Under the pieces are notes generated by a model that saw nothing but the letters and a program-made list of their open reading frames with translations, had not been told where the DNA came from and ran no database searches. The translations under genes were made by a program, and so were the position numbers. Positions 10,174 to 19,680 of a stretch of 64,000 nt of DNA are shown here, in pieces; within the stretch, counting starts at the first letter, position 1; the number at the start of each line of letters is the position of its first letter. This stretch comes from a virus. The stretch covers positions 1,406 through 65,405 of the IMG/VR virus record IMGVR_UViG_3300012683_000001. One strand, 5' to 3'.

Positions 10174-10628
10174 TTTTACGTAGACTCAATCCGATTGCCG
10201 CAGATTTTAATGCCATTATGGATTTCTTGAGGACCTATTTTGCGCAAGAGTTTCAGATGGGTAAGTTAAACGCTAAAAATTATGATCTCAATAAGGGGGC
10301 CGCTTGGATCGCAAAAAATATCGAATGCGCAGCGTGGGTCATCGAAGACGATCCTCATGGCATCGTTGGTTCCATTGGTTTACATCATATGACACCGTGG
10401 TATTCCAACGAAGCTTATCTAGCCGATGGATGGCTGTATGTCCGACCCGAATTTCGCCATTCGCGGACGGGGGCAGCTCTAGTGGCGGCTGCGATTAATT
10501 ATGCTGAAGGGTACAAACTCCCTCTTGTTATTAATGTATTTAACATGGAAGACACTGAAGTAAAGATTAAGGCCCTATCTAGAATGGGTCTTAAATTTAT
10601 TGGTGGTACTTTCATCGTAGGAGAATAA
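10170..10628 (+). CDS. GNAT-family N-acetyltransferase.
   Basis: Motif A-like VRPEFRHSRTGAALVAAAINYA (R-x-x-G-x-A). ATGA overlap with the upstream gene. Confidence 0.45.
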   Translation: MILRRLNPIAADFNAIMDFLRTYFAQEFQMGKLNAKNYDLNKGAAWIAKNIECAAWVIEDDPHGIVGSIGLHHMTPWYSNEAYLADGWLYVRPEFRHSRTGAALVAAAINYAEGYKLPLVINVFNMEDTEVKIKALSRMGLKFIGGTFIVGE

Positions 10629-10630
10629 CC

Positions 10631-11689
10631 ATGTGTGGCGGTGGCGGAAGCGGTCCTACAGAGACCAAGAGTACTACCAGTAATATCCCGGATTACGCCC
10701 AACCCTATGTGATGGGTAATGGGACGATCCCCGGTCTGCTACCACAAACATCAGCACTAACTGATATTAATCAAAATCCGTACAAACCTTATACGGGTCA
10801 GATGATTGCTGGGTTTAACCCGATGCAGCAACAGTCCATGAATACTGTGCAGGGTATGACACCTTCTAATCAGACCAGTCAGGCGACGGGGATGGCGGGA
10901 TTAGCGGGCCTTAATGCCGGTAACATTGGCAGTACCTATAACCCCGGACAGATTGGTTCTAGTAATGTCAACAGTCAACAGTTCAACGGAGCCAATGTTA
11001 ATCAGTACATGAACCCTTATGTACAAGATGTCGTACAACAACAGCAGAATCAGGCCGTCCGAGGTTATGCGCAGCAATTACCGGGGATGGGCGCAGTTGC
11101 GGCAGAAACAGGAAATCTCGGTGGATCGCGTCAGGCCCTTGTCCAGTCCGAAGCACAGCGGAATTTACAGGATCAATTGCAGGGGATTACTGCTCAAGGG
11201 TATGGGAATGCCTATCAGAATGCGCAGGGGCAGTTTAATACCTCTAATGCCGCGAACATGCAGGCACAACAAGCCAATCAAGGTGCTGGATTGGCGGCGC
11301 AGGGGCAAGGACTTCAGAGTCAGCAGTTTGGCTCTAATTTAGGATTGCAGGGACTCAATACTCAACTGGGTGCTGCGGGACAGTTGGGTACTTTAGGTAA
11401 TAATCAGTATCAACAGCAGGCTGGAATTGCACAAGCGCAGTTTGGATTGGGTCAGCAGGCACAGGATTTACAACAAACAGGAATGAATACTGCTTATCAG
11501 CAATTTATTAATCAGCAGAATTACCCCTATGCGCAATTGGGGTTCATGTCAGACATTCTGCATGGCACGGGTACCATCGCTCAAGGGTCAGGCACGGCAT
11601 CGACGTATCAGCAACCGCCCAATGTACTGGGTCAGGTGGCAGGTGTGGGCACAGGGTTAGCGGCGCTGTTTAACGCGGGAGCAAGTTAA
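10631..11689 (+). CDS. Q/N/G-rich internal virion protein.
   Basis: Extreme Gln/Asn/Gly low-complexity composition. Coupled within the operon. Confidence 0.45.
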   Translation: MCGGGGSGPTETKSTTSNIPDYAQPYVMGNGTIPGLLPQTSALTDINQNPYKPYTGQMIAGFNPMQQQSMNTVQGMTPSNQTSQATGMAGLAGLNAGNIGSTYNPGQIGSSNVNSQQFNGANVNQYMNPYVQDVVQQQQNQAVRGYAQQLPGMGAVAAETGNLGGSRQALVQSEAQRNLQDQLQGITAQGYGNAYQNAQGQFNTSNAANMQAQQANQGAGLAAQGQGLQSQQFGSNLGLQGLNTQLGAAGQLGTLGNNQYQQQAGIAQAQFGLGQQAQDLQQTGMNTAYQQFINQQNYPYAQLGFMSDILHGTGTIAQGSGTASTYQQPPNVLGQVAGVGTGLAALFNAGAS

Positions 11690-13677
11690 TGAGTGGTTTG
11701 AATGCATTAGACCCTGTTGTCGCTCAAGCAGAGCAGCAGATCGCACGCCAGAAATTACCGCCTGATAAGGCTGTAGATTATTTATTATCTAAGGGCGTTG
11801 ATCCTCGCTTAGCTTCGCTTGTGATGAAATATCGGACCCTTAAACAAGCCGCTGGAAACGCACCACAACAGGCTCCGGTCAAAACCGTCTCTCAGGACAT
11901 TGACGAGCAGATTAACACCATGGCCGCCCAGCGCAACAAAGGCGTAGCGGGGCTCCCCGTGCCCAATAACACATTCGGTATGGCAGGGGGTGGCATTATT
12001 GCGTTCGATGGGGGAGGCATGACCGTCCCCACGGACCCCACCGATATGGCCGCGATGCAGCAGCAACAGCTGTATCAGAACATTATGGACCAACAGGCGC
12101 AGCAGCAGAGCGGGAAAGCGGGCGGTGGCATTGTGGCCTTTGAAGAAGGCGGTGAAGCCGATGAAGAATCATTGGCCCGACAGCAGGGCGCGATCTCACA
12201 GTATTTAATGAAAAATTACTGGCGTGATGCAGCGGGGAATTATCTGGCCAAGGGGCGGCAGAAGCAATCTCAAATGGGTATTGCGCCACAGAGGAAAGGG
12301 GGAAAGATCGAGCATTTCGATGAGGGTGGTGTAAATCCTTACAGCGCGGCCTATGCAACAGATCCTCAGTTTCAAGCTCCACGCATACCCAACATTCCGG
12401 TAGCCCATGCAAGTGGGCCTATTCCTGAAGATATTAAATATGAACTTGATATGCATCAGACTCGGAACACGCCATTGACTCCTCGTGCGCAAGCCTATTT
12501 AGCAGGTAATGCTCCTCCTCAGAAGGTGCCAGCGGCTGGCCAGCAGAATGCGGGAGTTACACCCCCTCCCCCTTCTCCTACTGGCCAGCCGCCCGGCTCT
12601 CCGCAGTTTGGTCCTAATCAGAATCAGATCCCTGCGGGCGTACCCTCACCGCCTCCTCAACCTGCTCCTTCACCACAGCCCAATATGGAGATGAGCATGT
12701 CAGGTCGCGCAGGCATGGGCATGCATGTGCCAGTCGATCCACGGACGGGTGAACCTATTGTTGAAAAAGAGGCCATTGCTCAACAGCAAGCGGCGTTTGA
12801 AGCCAGCGCACCTAAGAGTATTGAGGAGAACCTACATACGATTCAGGCCCTTAATGCTTCACAAGGTATCGGTACTGCGGCTAAGCAGTACATGGGATTC
12901 TTAGATAAATTTGGTAGTGAAATTGAAGGGTTTAAGAAACAAGGCAATTGGCTGGCTTTAGCTAAAGCAGGCTTTGCTATGGCTGAAGCGGCAACTATTA
13001 ATCCTCATGGTGGATTTATTGGTGCCTTAGCTGTAGGCGGCCACGCAGGGGCGGAAGCCTATGAAGAAAACTTGAATAAATACCGCGATTTGAATATGCA
13101 ATTACAGGGTCAGAAGTATAATGTGGCCCAGTCTATTGAGAATCTAAAAATGGGTCAAACCAATGAAGCCATGAATTTATTCTTGAAACAGCAAGAGCGT
13201 CATGACGCGCTTCAGGGGCGTATGTGGACAGCGCAGGATAATATGCTGTCTCGTGTTCTACAGCGTCAAATCGCTTCAGAGACTATTGCTGCGCAGGCTA
13301 GATATCGTTCAATGTATAACCCTGCGCAGTTATTTGCAGAACAGATTATTGATACTCCTAAAAAATTATCCGATGGATCTCCAAACCCGGCTTATCAAAA
13401 TGTTTTAGATAAGGCACATGATTATTACTCTACTCAACCTTCAGTTTTGGCAGCAGAAACTAGAACAGGTCCTGCTAATACTGCGGTATTGGAGCGTTTA
13501 TTCACCAGCCCATCTTATCAGATGGCCTATAATCGATCATTGAGTAGTAATTCTAAAACAGCTCAAGAAGGTTCAGATGAGATGGTCCGGTTGGAAACCA
13601 AAGTAACAGGTAAGGGCGCAGATTTTACCCCGCCACCGGGATTTAATGCAGATTTGTTTAAAGTCAGTGGACCATAA
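11689..13677 (+). CDS. Internal virion protein (662 aa).
   Basis: ATGA overlap with the upstream gene. Pro/Gln-rich middle section. Confidence 0.45.
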   Translation: MSGLNALDPVVAQAEQQIARQKLPPDKAVDYLLSKGVDPRLASLVMKYRTLKQAAGNAPQQAPVKTVSQDIDEQINTMAAQRNKGVAGLPVPNNTFGMAGGGIIAFDGGGMTVPTDPTDMAAMQQQQLYQNIMDQQAQQQSGKAGGGIVAFEEGGEADEESLARQQGAISQYLMKNYWRDAAGNYLAKGRQKQSQMGIAPQRKGGKIEHFDEGGVNPYSAAYATDPQFQAPRIPNIPVAHASGPIPEDIKYELDMHQTRNTPLTPRAQAYLAGNAPPQKVPAAGQQNAGVTPPPPSPTGQPPGSPQFGPNQNQIPAGVPSPPPQPAPSPQPNMEMSMSGRAGMGMHVPVDPRTGEPIVEKEAIAQQQAAFEASAPKSIEENLHTIQALNASQGIGTAAKQYMGFLDKFGSEIEGFKKQGNWLALAKAGFAMAEAATINPHGGFIGALAVGGHAGAEAYEENLNKYRDLNMQLQGQKYNVAQSIENLKMGQTNEAMNLFLKQQERHDALQGRMWTAQDNMLSRVLQRQIASETIAAQARYRSMYNPAQLFAEQIIDTPKKLSDGSPNPAYQNVLDKAHDYYSTQPSVLAAETRTGPANTAVLERLFTSPSYQMAYNRSLSSNSKTAQEGSDEMVRLETKVTGKGADFTPPPGFNADLFKVSGP

Positions 13678-13680
13678 AAA

Positions 13681-16600
13681 GTGCCTACATTTTCTGTAGA
13701 TGCTCCAGACGGCAAGACCTATAAAGTAGATGGGCCGTCTGATGCGACTCATGAACAGATTGCCTATGCTGTTTATTTACAGATGCATAGACAACCGGAG
13801 CAGCCTCAGACCAGTACAGCTGGAACTCTTCTTCATGGCGCAGAGCGTGGTGTTGGACCTATGGCCGCAGGTATGGCAGGGGCGGGGTATGGTGCTGGGT
13901 TAGGTACAGCTGTATTACCCGGTATTGGTACAGTTGTAGGTGGTGTACTGGGCGCAGGTATTGCTGCATGGGCAGCTAATAAAGCACAGGATAAAGCCCT
14001 TGAGTCTATGCCCAAGGTGGCTAAAGCCATCGGTGTTGATGAAGCCCAACGGGAAGCAGAAGCCAAAGAACATCCAATAGCTTCAGTGATAGGAGATGTT
14101 GCGCCACAGCTATTGGCTATGCGTCCTAGTGTGACTAATCTGAGTCGTGCGTTTTCAACGGCTGAGAAATTTGCTGCTCGTCATGGTGAGACCATAGAAG
14201 AAGCGGCTAAAGCGATTAATGAAGCCCGTAAATTTGCCGCGATCAACGCCACGATTGGAGGAGTTCAAAATGCTGCTCAACAGGGCATGAGTGATCAGCC
14301 TGTTGATTGGGCCAGTGTAGGTGAGTCCGCGTTATTGGGTGGGTTACTCACTAAGCCTACGCGGGTGGGCAGTGCACTCTATGGTGTGGGTGAACGACTG
14401 GCACCGGGCTATGCGGCACGCCATCCTGCGCCACCGCCTGCTCCACCTCCTAAACTTTTAACTCATGAACCTAACGTATTCCATATGGGGCAGGAGACAG
14501 AACCGACTCCCCCTCCACCGGGGCCGCCACCGCAACTGACTTATCAGCCCGGTGCGCACAGTGTTTCACCAGAAGCACGGGCGTTCCCTGAGCAGGCGCC
14601 ACAACAACCCAACCCACAACAGAGCTTTCCCTTTGAGTGGGCTGGTCCTGAAGCACCGAAACCGCCCCCACCGTTTTCACCGGTTACTCCTCCTATTCAT
14701 CAACAGGGTGAGTTGGGACTAAATCAACCTAAGCAACCTGAACCTCAACCCGTAGAAGCGCAGGGTGATCTTTTTAATAAAGGTCCTAGAATCCGACCAG
14801 AAGTATCTGTACCTGAAGGCCCAGCGCCCACACAAGTCACGTTACCGTTTGAACCCGGTAGCAAGATGGAGCCAACCGTTAGAGGTCAGCGTAAACAGGC
14901 TGTGTTGAATTTTATTAAACAAACTCCTGCAACTCGTGATGAGGTGCAGACGAGCGCAGGCATTGGTAGCGCCACTGAAGTTATTGGTCATCTCAACACT
15001 CTAAAACGTGAAGGGCTTATTCAATATGACCCTGATGCAAAGAAATGGATGCTTAAGCCCGAGGAGAAGCCCAGTGACCAACCACGACAAAAACGGAGTG
15101 GGATTGGAGATCAGTCAACGGGACTTAGAGTTGGCATGGATGTGCCTGTACCACAACGACCCCCCGAGGTCACACCACCTCTTGAATCTATCACAAGAGG
15201 AGTGGTTCCTGATACGACAAACGTTACAGGAAATATTGCTAGAGAAGGCCCAGCACCAGCTCCAATAGAGCGTGATCCTGAACATCAGATTATTAAACGA
15301 CGGGCGATCATTGCCTTCCATAAAGGCAATATTGATGAAAATCAGTTGATGGTCATCAAGAGTGAGTTGGATGACCCCAACCCGGATTTTAAGCACCTAC
15401 ATAAGATGTTGGACGCCGCAACAGGGGCAAAAGATTATCAACGATTAGCATTGATCCGGAAGGCGTTTGCTAATAAAGCACCGTCTAAGCCTGCTGAAGT
15501 TACTAAGCTTGAGACTGATGAAGACCGTCAGGTTCGTGAGTACAACGAGCAGGCTAATGCAAGAGAAGCCAAACAGAAAACGCATCGTAAAGACGAAGAA
15601 GATACTGCTTTAAGGCAAGGTACATCGACTGGCGGTATGTCCAAAGATACCGCGCAGAAGATCGTTGATGAGCATACTAAGAATTGGAAGAATGCACCAA
15701 AAATAGAGGTTCATGAAACACGCCCTGATAACAAACCAGAAGACACTACGGGTTGGCATGATCATGGAGCAGTACATTTAGTTGCAGATCAGCACGCCAA
15801 TCCTGAAGAACTTAAAGCGACTCTATTCCATGAAGCTTTAGGACATTATGGATTACGGAGTAAATTTGGTGATTTTCATAATCAACTCATGCAGGATATT
15901 TATAAATCTAATCCAGCTATGCAAGAAGTCGCTGATCGCTGGATAAAAAATAAAGGAGGTCATGAATTCTATAAAAACATGACACCAGAACAGTTACAGG
16001 CTCGTGCAGTAGATGAAGTATTAGCCAATGCTTCTGAACAAGGTCCAATTAAAAATACTGGTATTCGCGCCGCGTTTAATCGTGTCATAGCTGCTGTACG
16101 TCAGTTCATTCGACAGCATTTAAGTGGTTCATTAAAGTATTCAGATAATGATGTCACTCAAATTTTACGACAGGCCCATGAGAATGTTCTTGATGGACAT
16201 GCCCGGAAAGTATTAGGTGTAGGAGATAAAGAGGATATTGCTCTTAAACAGAAAACTGTAAAAGAACCCTATGTTGAACCCAAGACGATTGAAGATATCG
16301 AAAAAACCCGTACTGAGAAAACTGACAAGCTTTATAAAAATGCTTATAGCCGACCGGGCGTAATTAAAAGTGTAGGAAAGATGTTGGGTAGCCATGAGGG
16401 TCGAGAAGAGATGATTCGACTCCTTCAGAATTATCGGCGTCCATTAGATATCCTAGAAAAGAATATTAATGCCGCAGGCGGTAACGCGGACATTGGTAGC
16501 TTTGCCAGTAGCTTATCGGCTAAAGCTGAGATGGAAAATAAAAATAATATTCAGATGATCAGTACTCAGCGGGCCAATATCGGTAAGCTGGCTCAGAAAC

Positions 16601-19479
16601 TAGGGATGACTCAAGAACAAGTTGAGAAACGGTTACAGTCTTACGCTCTGGCTTTACATGAAAAAGAGCGTCGGCATACGTTGTATACGCTGGATGTTCC
16701 ACTGGAGAACACCAAGAAATTTATGCTTGATGGTCAGAATGCTACGGCAGCGGATCATCGAGATCGTATTGTTAAGAAATATAACAGTGATAAAACTATA
16801 AAAGACCCACAGCAACTCGCTAAGGACCGTCAATTATTAGAACAATTACTAGTTCATGCTGATATTGAAGGTCATACCTCTATCAAAAGAGGTCCAAAGA
16901 GTATGTTATTGGATGAGAATTCCTTGGCCTATAACGTCGCAGGCAAATATAGCCGTAATGCCGTCAAGATCATGGAGAACACACTGGCTCAAGATCGCGC
17001 TAAGACGGGTGATTTGATTGATAAAATTATTGATACCCACCAGCAATTAGCTCAAGAGGCCCGTAGACTCAATCAAAAAGCGGGCTATGAGTCTCCGCAG
17101 GCCACCAACTGGATCGGGCTGTACAACTGGAAACATTACATGCCGTTGAAGGGCGATCCCACAGCCCATAAAAATACTGATCGATTTGACTTCGATGGTA
17201 AAGCATTGGGCGGGGCAGTGAGTGAGCGGGCTGAAGCCTTTGGTGGCCGACGGTCAGATGCGGACAATCCATTTATTCAAACCATGGCTGATGCATTAAA
17301 AGCCGGGTTTAGATCAGGACGAGATGGTTTTACTTCAAGACTGGCTAAATTAATTGATGACGGGCATATTCCCGGACGTAAGGTCGCAGAGGTTAAGTTT
17401 GAGGATCGCGCTGATAAATTAGAGAAATACGAGACTCTTAAAAATCATTTCTTTAATTATCAAAAAGATGGAACGATTGAAGTTTATAAAATCAGTACAG
17501 ACACTGCTAAAGGCAAAGCCATGAATGAAGCCATCCGAGGCTTCAACAATGACATCGCTGCACCTTACCGGTTCTTGAATGCTGTTACAGGCGGTATTGG
17601 CCAATTGCATACACGGTTTAACGTCGCCTTTCCGCCTTATAACTTCGTCCGTCATGCGATTACAAGTTCAATGATGGTGGGAATGGAAAACGATCCTATT
17701 TTAGCTGCTAAGTTCGTGGGGTCTATTACCAGTAAAATATTAGATGGAGGGTTGTTTAAAGCAGCACGAGTGGCAAGCTTATTTCATAACAATGACATGG
17801 CAGGAATTGAAAAATTAGCTAATGCCAGTCCTAATGGGTTTTATGGACAACTCCATGACTGGCTGGAGAATGGTGGCCGTGCCACATGGACTCAGGCTCA
17901 TAATATTCAGTCCCAACGGGCAGAGTTAGCAAGAGCCACAGGTCCCAAGGGCTTCATGAGTAGTCTGGATCATGTAAAACAATATTTTAATATCTGGTCT
18001 GATATGTTTGAATTTGCTTCACGTGCCGCAGGGTACGGTGTAATTAAAAATCATTACAACGAATTGGCTAAGGCCAAGGGTGAAGCTGTAGACACCGATG
18101 ACATTAAGCTCAGAGCAACCCAATATACCAAGAATCTGTTTAACTTCAGTACCGTAGGCAAGTACGGGCGTGAAGTAGGTTCTGCGTTTATGTTCCTGCG
18201 TCCCGCGATGACCACAGCGGTACGGTCCATTGATGCCTTATCGCCGTCGTTCTTATCGATGGATAAGGCTGTGAAGCGAATGGTGCAAGAGACTCCTTCT
18301 CTTGGTGATGTGAATACTGTAGCTCGGATACTGGCTAAACAGGTTAAGTCCAAGGAAATAACACCTGAAATCATGGCTCAGGCTAAAGCAAAAGTCGATC
18401 AGAACATCGAGAACTTTAAGAAAGTTCAGCTTGGTAAACAAAAAGCCGCCCGTGTCATGGCTGTAGGCATGATGGGCGCAGGCTATGGCCTATACACCAT
18501 GGCGATGTTAGCGGGTGAAGAAGATGATCAGGGCCGTAATAAAGTCGCCACTGATAACATGTCCATGTGGGCACGGAATATTCGTCTACCCGCACATGGC
18601 ATGTTGGGTAAAGGAAATGATTATTTCCAGATCCCGTGGGGTTGGGGACTCGGGACTTTCGGTGCTTTCGGTGCGCAGATGGCCGCAGCAACTATTGGAG
18701 AGAGTAATCTCAAAGAAGTCTTAGGTAATATGATCCCCATCGCTTTAGAGTCTTATTTCCCACTCCCAGTGGAAAAGTACAGCCCCATTGATCATCCTAT
18801 TGCATTTACCGTGGCATCGATCATGCCCACTTTCGCTCGACCCTTTATTGAATATGGTATGAACGTGGATGCATTCGGTCGGGAAGTCTATACTAACCGT
18901 ATGAATCAGTTCGGTGATGCCTATTCAGGTGGTGAGAACTTACCTGAATTATATGGGGCTGCAACGCGGATGCTTGCAGATGCAACTGGCAATACGGTAA
19001 ATATTTCCCCAAACACGCTCCATTTCTTCACTAATTCTTATATAGATGGGTTGGCACGACTCGCCCATAATACATATGGCACTGCCCTTACGATAACTGG
19101 ACAAAAAGACTTTGATCCTAAGCGCGACGTTGGCGGCATATTGGATTCTTTTATCGGTAAGTCCAGCAGCTACGATGCGCGTGAGTTCGCAGATATCAGG
19201 ACTCAGATCCAACGGCAACAAAATACCTTGGCCATGTATAAGGACCGACCTGAGATGCTTGATAAGTACCTCGATACTCACCCTAACGCCATCATGATCG
19301 ACAATCTCTACAATGCCGTGGTCAATGGTCAATTGAAAACTGTCCAACATCAACTCCGGGTTTTAGAAGATGATACGAGCCAAAGTTCTAAAGATAAGGC
19401 CGATGAAATTACGGATCTTAAATTACAACGAAACTGGCTCATGCGATCATTCATAGATCAGGTACGCGATTATGATTGA
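13681..19479 (+). CDS. Giant internal virion / DNA-ejection protein (1932 aa) with an HExxH zincin-like motif.
   Basis: N-terminal glycine-zipper hydrophobic segment, Pro-rich linker, HEALGH at 15829-15846, and C-terminal hydrophobic segments. The size is typical of ejection proteins. Confidence 0.55.
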   Translation: MPTFSVDAPDGKTYKVDGPSDATHEQIAYAVYLQMHRQPEQPQTSTAGTLLHGAERGVGPMAAGMAGAGYGAGLGTAVLPGIGTVVGGVLGAGIAAWAANKAQDKALESMPKVAKAIGVDEAQREAEAKEHPIASVIGDVAPQLLAMRPSVTNLSRAFSTAEKFAARHGETIEEAAKAINEARKFAAINATIGGVQNAAQQGMSDQPVDWASVGESALLGGLLTKPTRVGSALYGVGERLAPGYAARHPAPPPAPPPKLLTHEPNVFHMGQETEPTPPPPGPPPQLTYQPGAHSVSPEARAFPEQAPQQPNPQQSFPFEWAGPEAPKPPPPFSPVTPPIHQQGELGLNQPKQPEPQPVEAQGDLFNKGPRIRPEVSVPEGPAPTQVTLPFEPGSKMEPTVRGQRKQAVLNFIKQTPATRDEVQTSAGIGSATEVIGHLNTLKREGLIQYDPDAKKWMLKPEEKPSDQPRQKRSGIGDQSTGLRVGMDVPVPQRPPEVTPPLESITRGVVPDTTNVTGNIAREGPAPAPIERDPEHQIIKRRAIIAFHKGNIDENQLMVIKSELDDPNPDFKHLHKMLDAATGAKDYQRLALIRKAFANKAPSKPAEVTKLETDEDRQVREYNEQANAREAKQKTHRKDEEDTALRQGTSTGGMSKDTAQKIVDEHTKNWKNAPKIEVHETRPDNKPEDTTGWHDHGAVHLVADQHANPEELKATLFHEALGHYGLRSKFGDFHNQLMQDIYKSNPAMQEVADRWIKNKGGHEFYKNMTPEQLQARAVDEVLANASEQGPIKNTGIRAAFNRVIAAVRQFIRQHLSGSLKYSDNDVTQILRQAHENVLDGHARKVLGVGDKEDIALKQKTVKEPYVEPKTIEDIEKTRTEKTDKLYKNAYSRPGVIKSVGKMLGSHEGREEMIRLLQNYRRPLDILEKNINAAGGNADIGSFASSLSAKAEMENKNNIQMISTQRANIGKLAQKLGMTQEQVEKRLQSYALALHEKERRHTLYTLDVPLENTKKFMLDGQNATAADHRDRIVKKYNSDKTIKDPQQLAKDRQLLEQLLVHADIEGHTSIKRGPKSMLLDENSLAYNVAGKYSRNAVKIMENTLAQDRAKTGDLIDKIIDTHQQLAQEARRLNQKAGYESPQATNWIGLYNWKHYMPLKGDPTAHKNTDRFDFDGKALGGAVSERAEAFGGRRSDADNPFIQTMADALKAGFRSGRDGFTSRLAKLIDDGHIPGRKVAEVKFEDRADKLEKYETLKNHFFNYQKDGTIEVYKISTDTAKGKAMNEAIRGFNNDIAAPYRFLNAVTGGIGQLHTRFNVAFPPYNFVRHAITSSMMVGMENDPILAAKFVGSITSKILDGGLFKAARVASLFHNNDMAGIEKLANASPNGFYGQLHDWLENGGRATWTQAHNIQSQRAELARATGPKGFMSSLDHVKQYFNIWSDMFEFASRAAGYGVIKNHYNELAKAKGEAVDTDDIKLRATQYTKNLFNFSTVGKYGREVGSAFMFLRPAMTTAVRSIDALSPSFLSMDKAVKRMVQETPSLGDVNTVARILAKQVKSKEITPEIMAQAKAKVDQNIENFKKVQLGKQKAARVMAVGMMGAGYGLYTMAMLAGEEDDQGRNKVATDNMSMWARNIRLPAHGMLGKGNDYFQIPWGWGLGTFGAFGAQMAAATIGESNLKEVLGNMIPIALESYFPLPVEKYSPIDHPIAFTVASIMPTFARPFIEYGMNVDAFGREVYTNRMNQFGDAYSGGENLPELYGAATRMLADATGNTVNISPNTLHFFTNSYIDGLARLAHNTYGTALTITGQKDFDPKRDVGGILDSFIGKSSSYDAREFADIRTQIQRQQNTLAMYKDRPEMLDKYLDTHPNAIMIDNLYNAVVNGQLKTVQHQLRVLEDDTSQSSKDKADEITDLKLQRNWLMRSFIDQVRDYD

Positions 19480-19654
19480 GCCATTCTCCTAATATAATTA
19501 ACGTATCCTCCAAGTGCGGATGCCCAGTAACCCACTCTCGGTCACTGCATAACTCTTTACTTTGATCCCACATTCTTTGGCTCTTGTATCTGTTATATAA
19601 ATCAATTCCGCTGGCCGCAAGGTAGGTATGAAGAACGAATTTCCCACCAGCATT

Positions 19655-19680
19655 CCTGAAAATGGGAACAGCCATTCAGG
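19655..19680 (+). terminator. Hairpin in the convergent intergenic region, possibly a bidirectional terminator.
   Basis: CCTGAAAATGG-gaacag-CCATTCAGG followed by TTCTTG. Confidence 0.3.
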
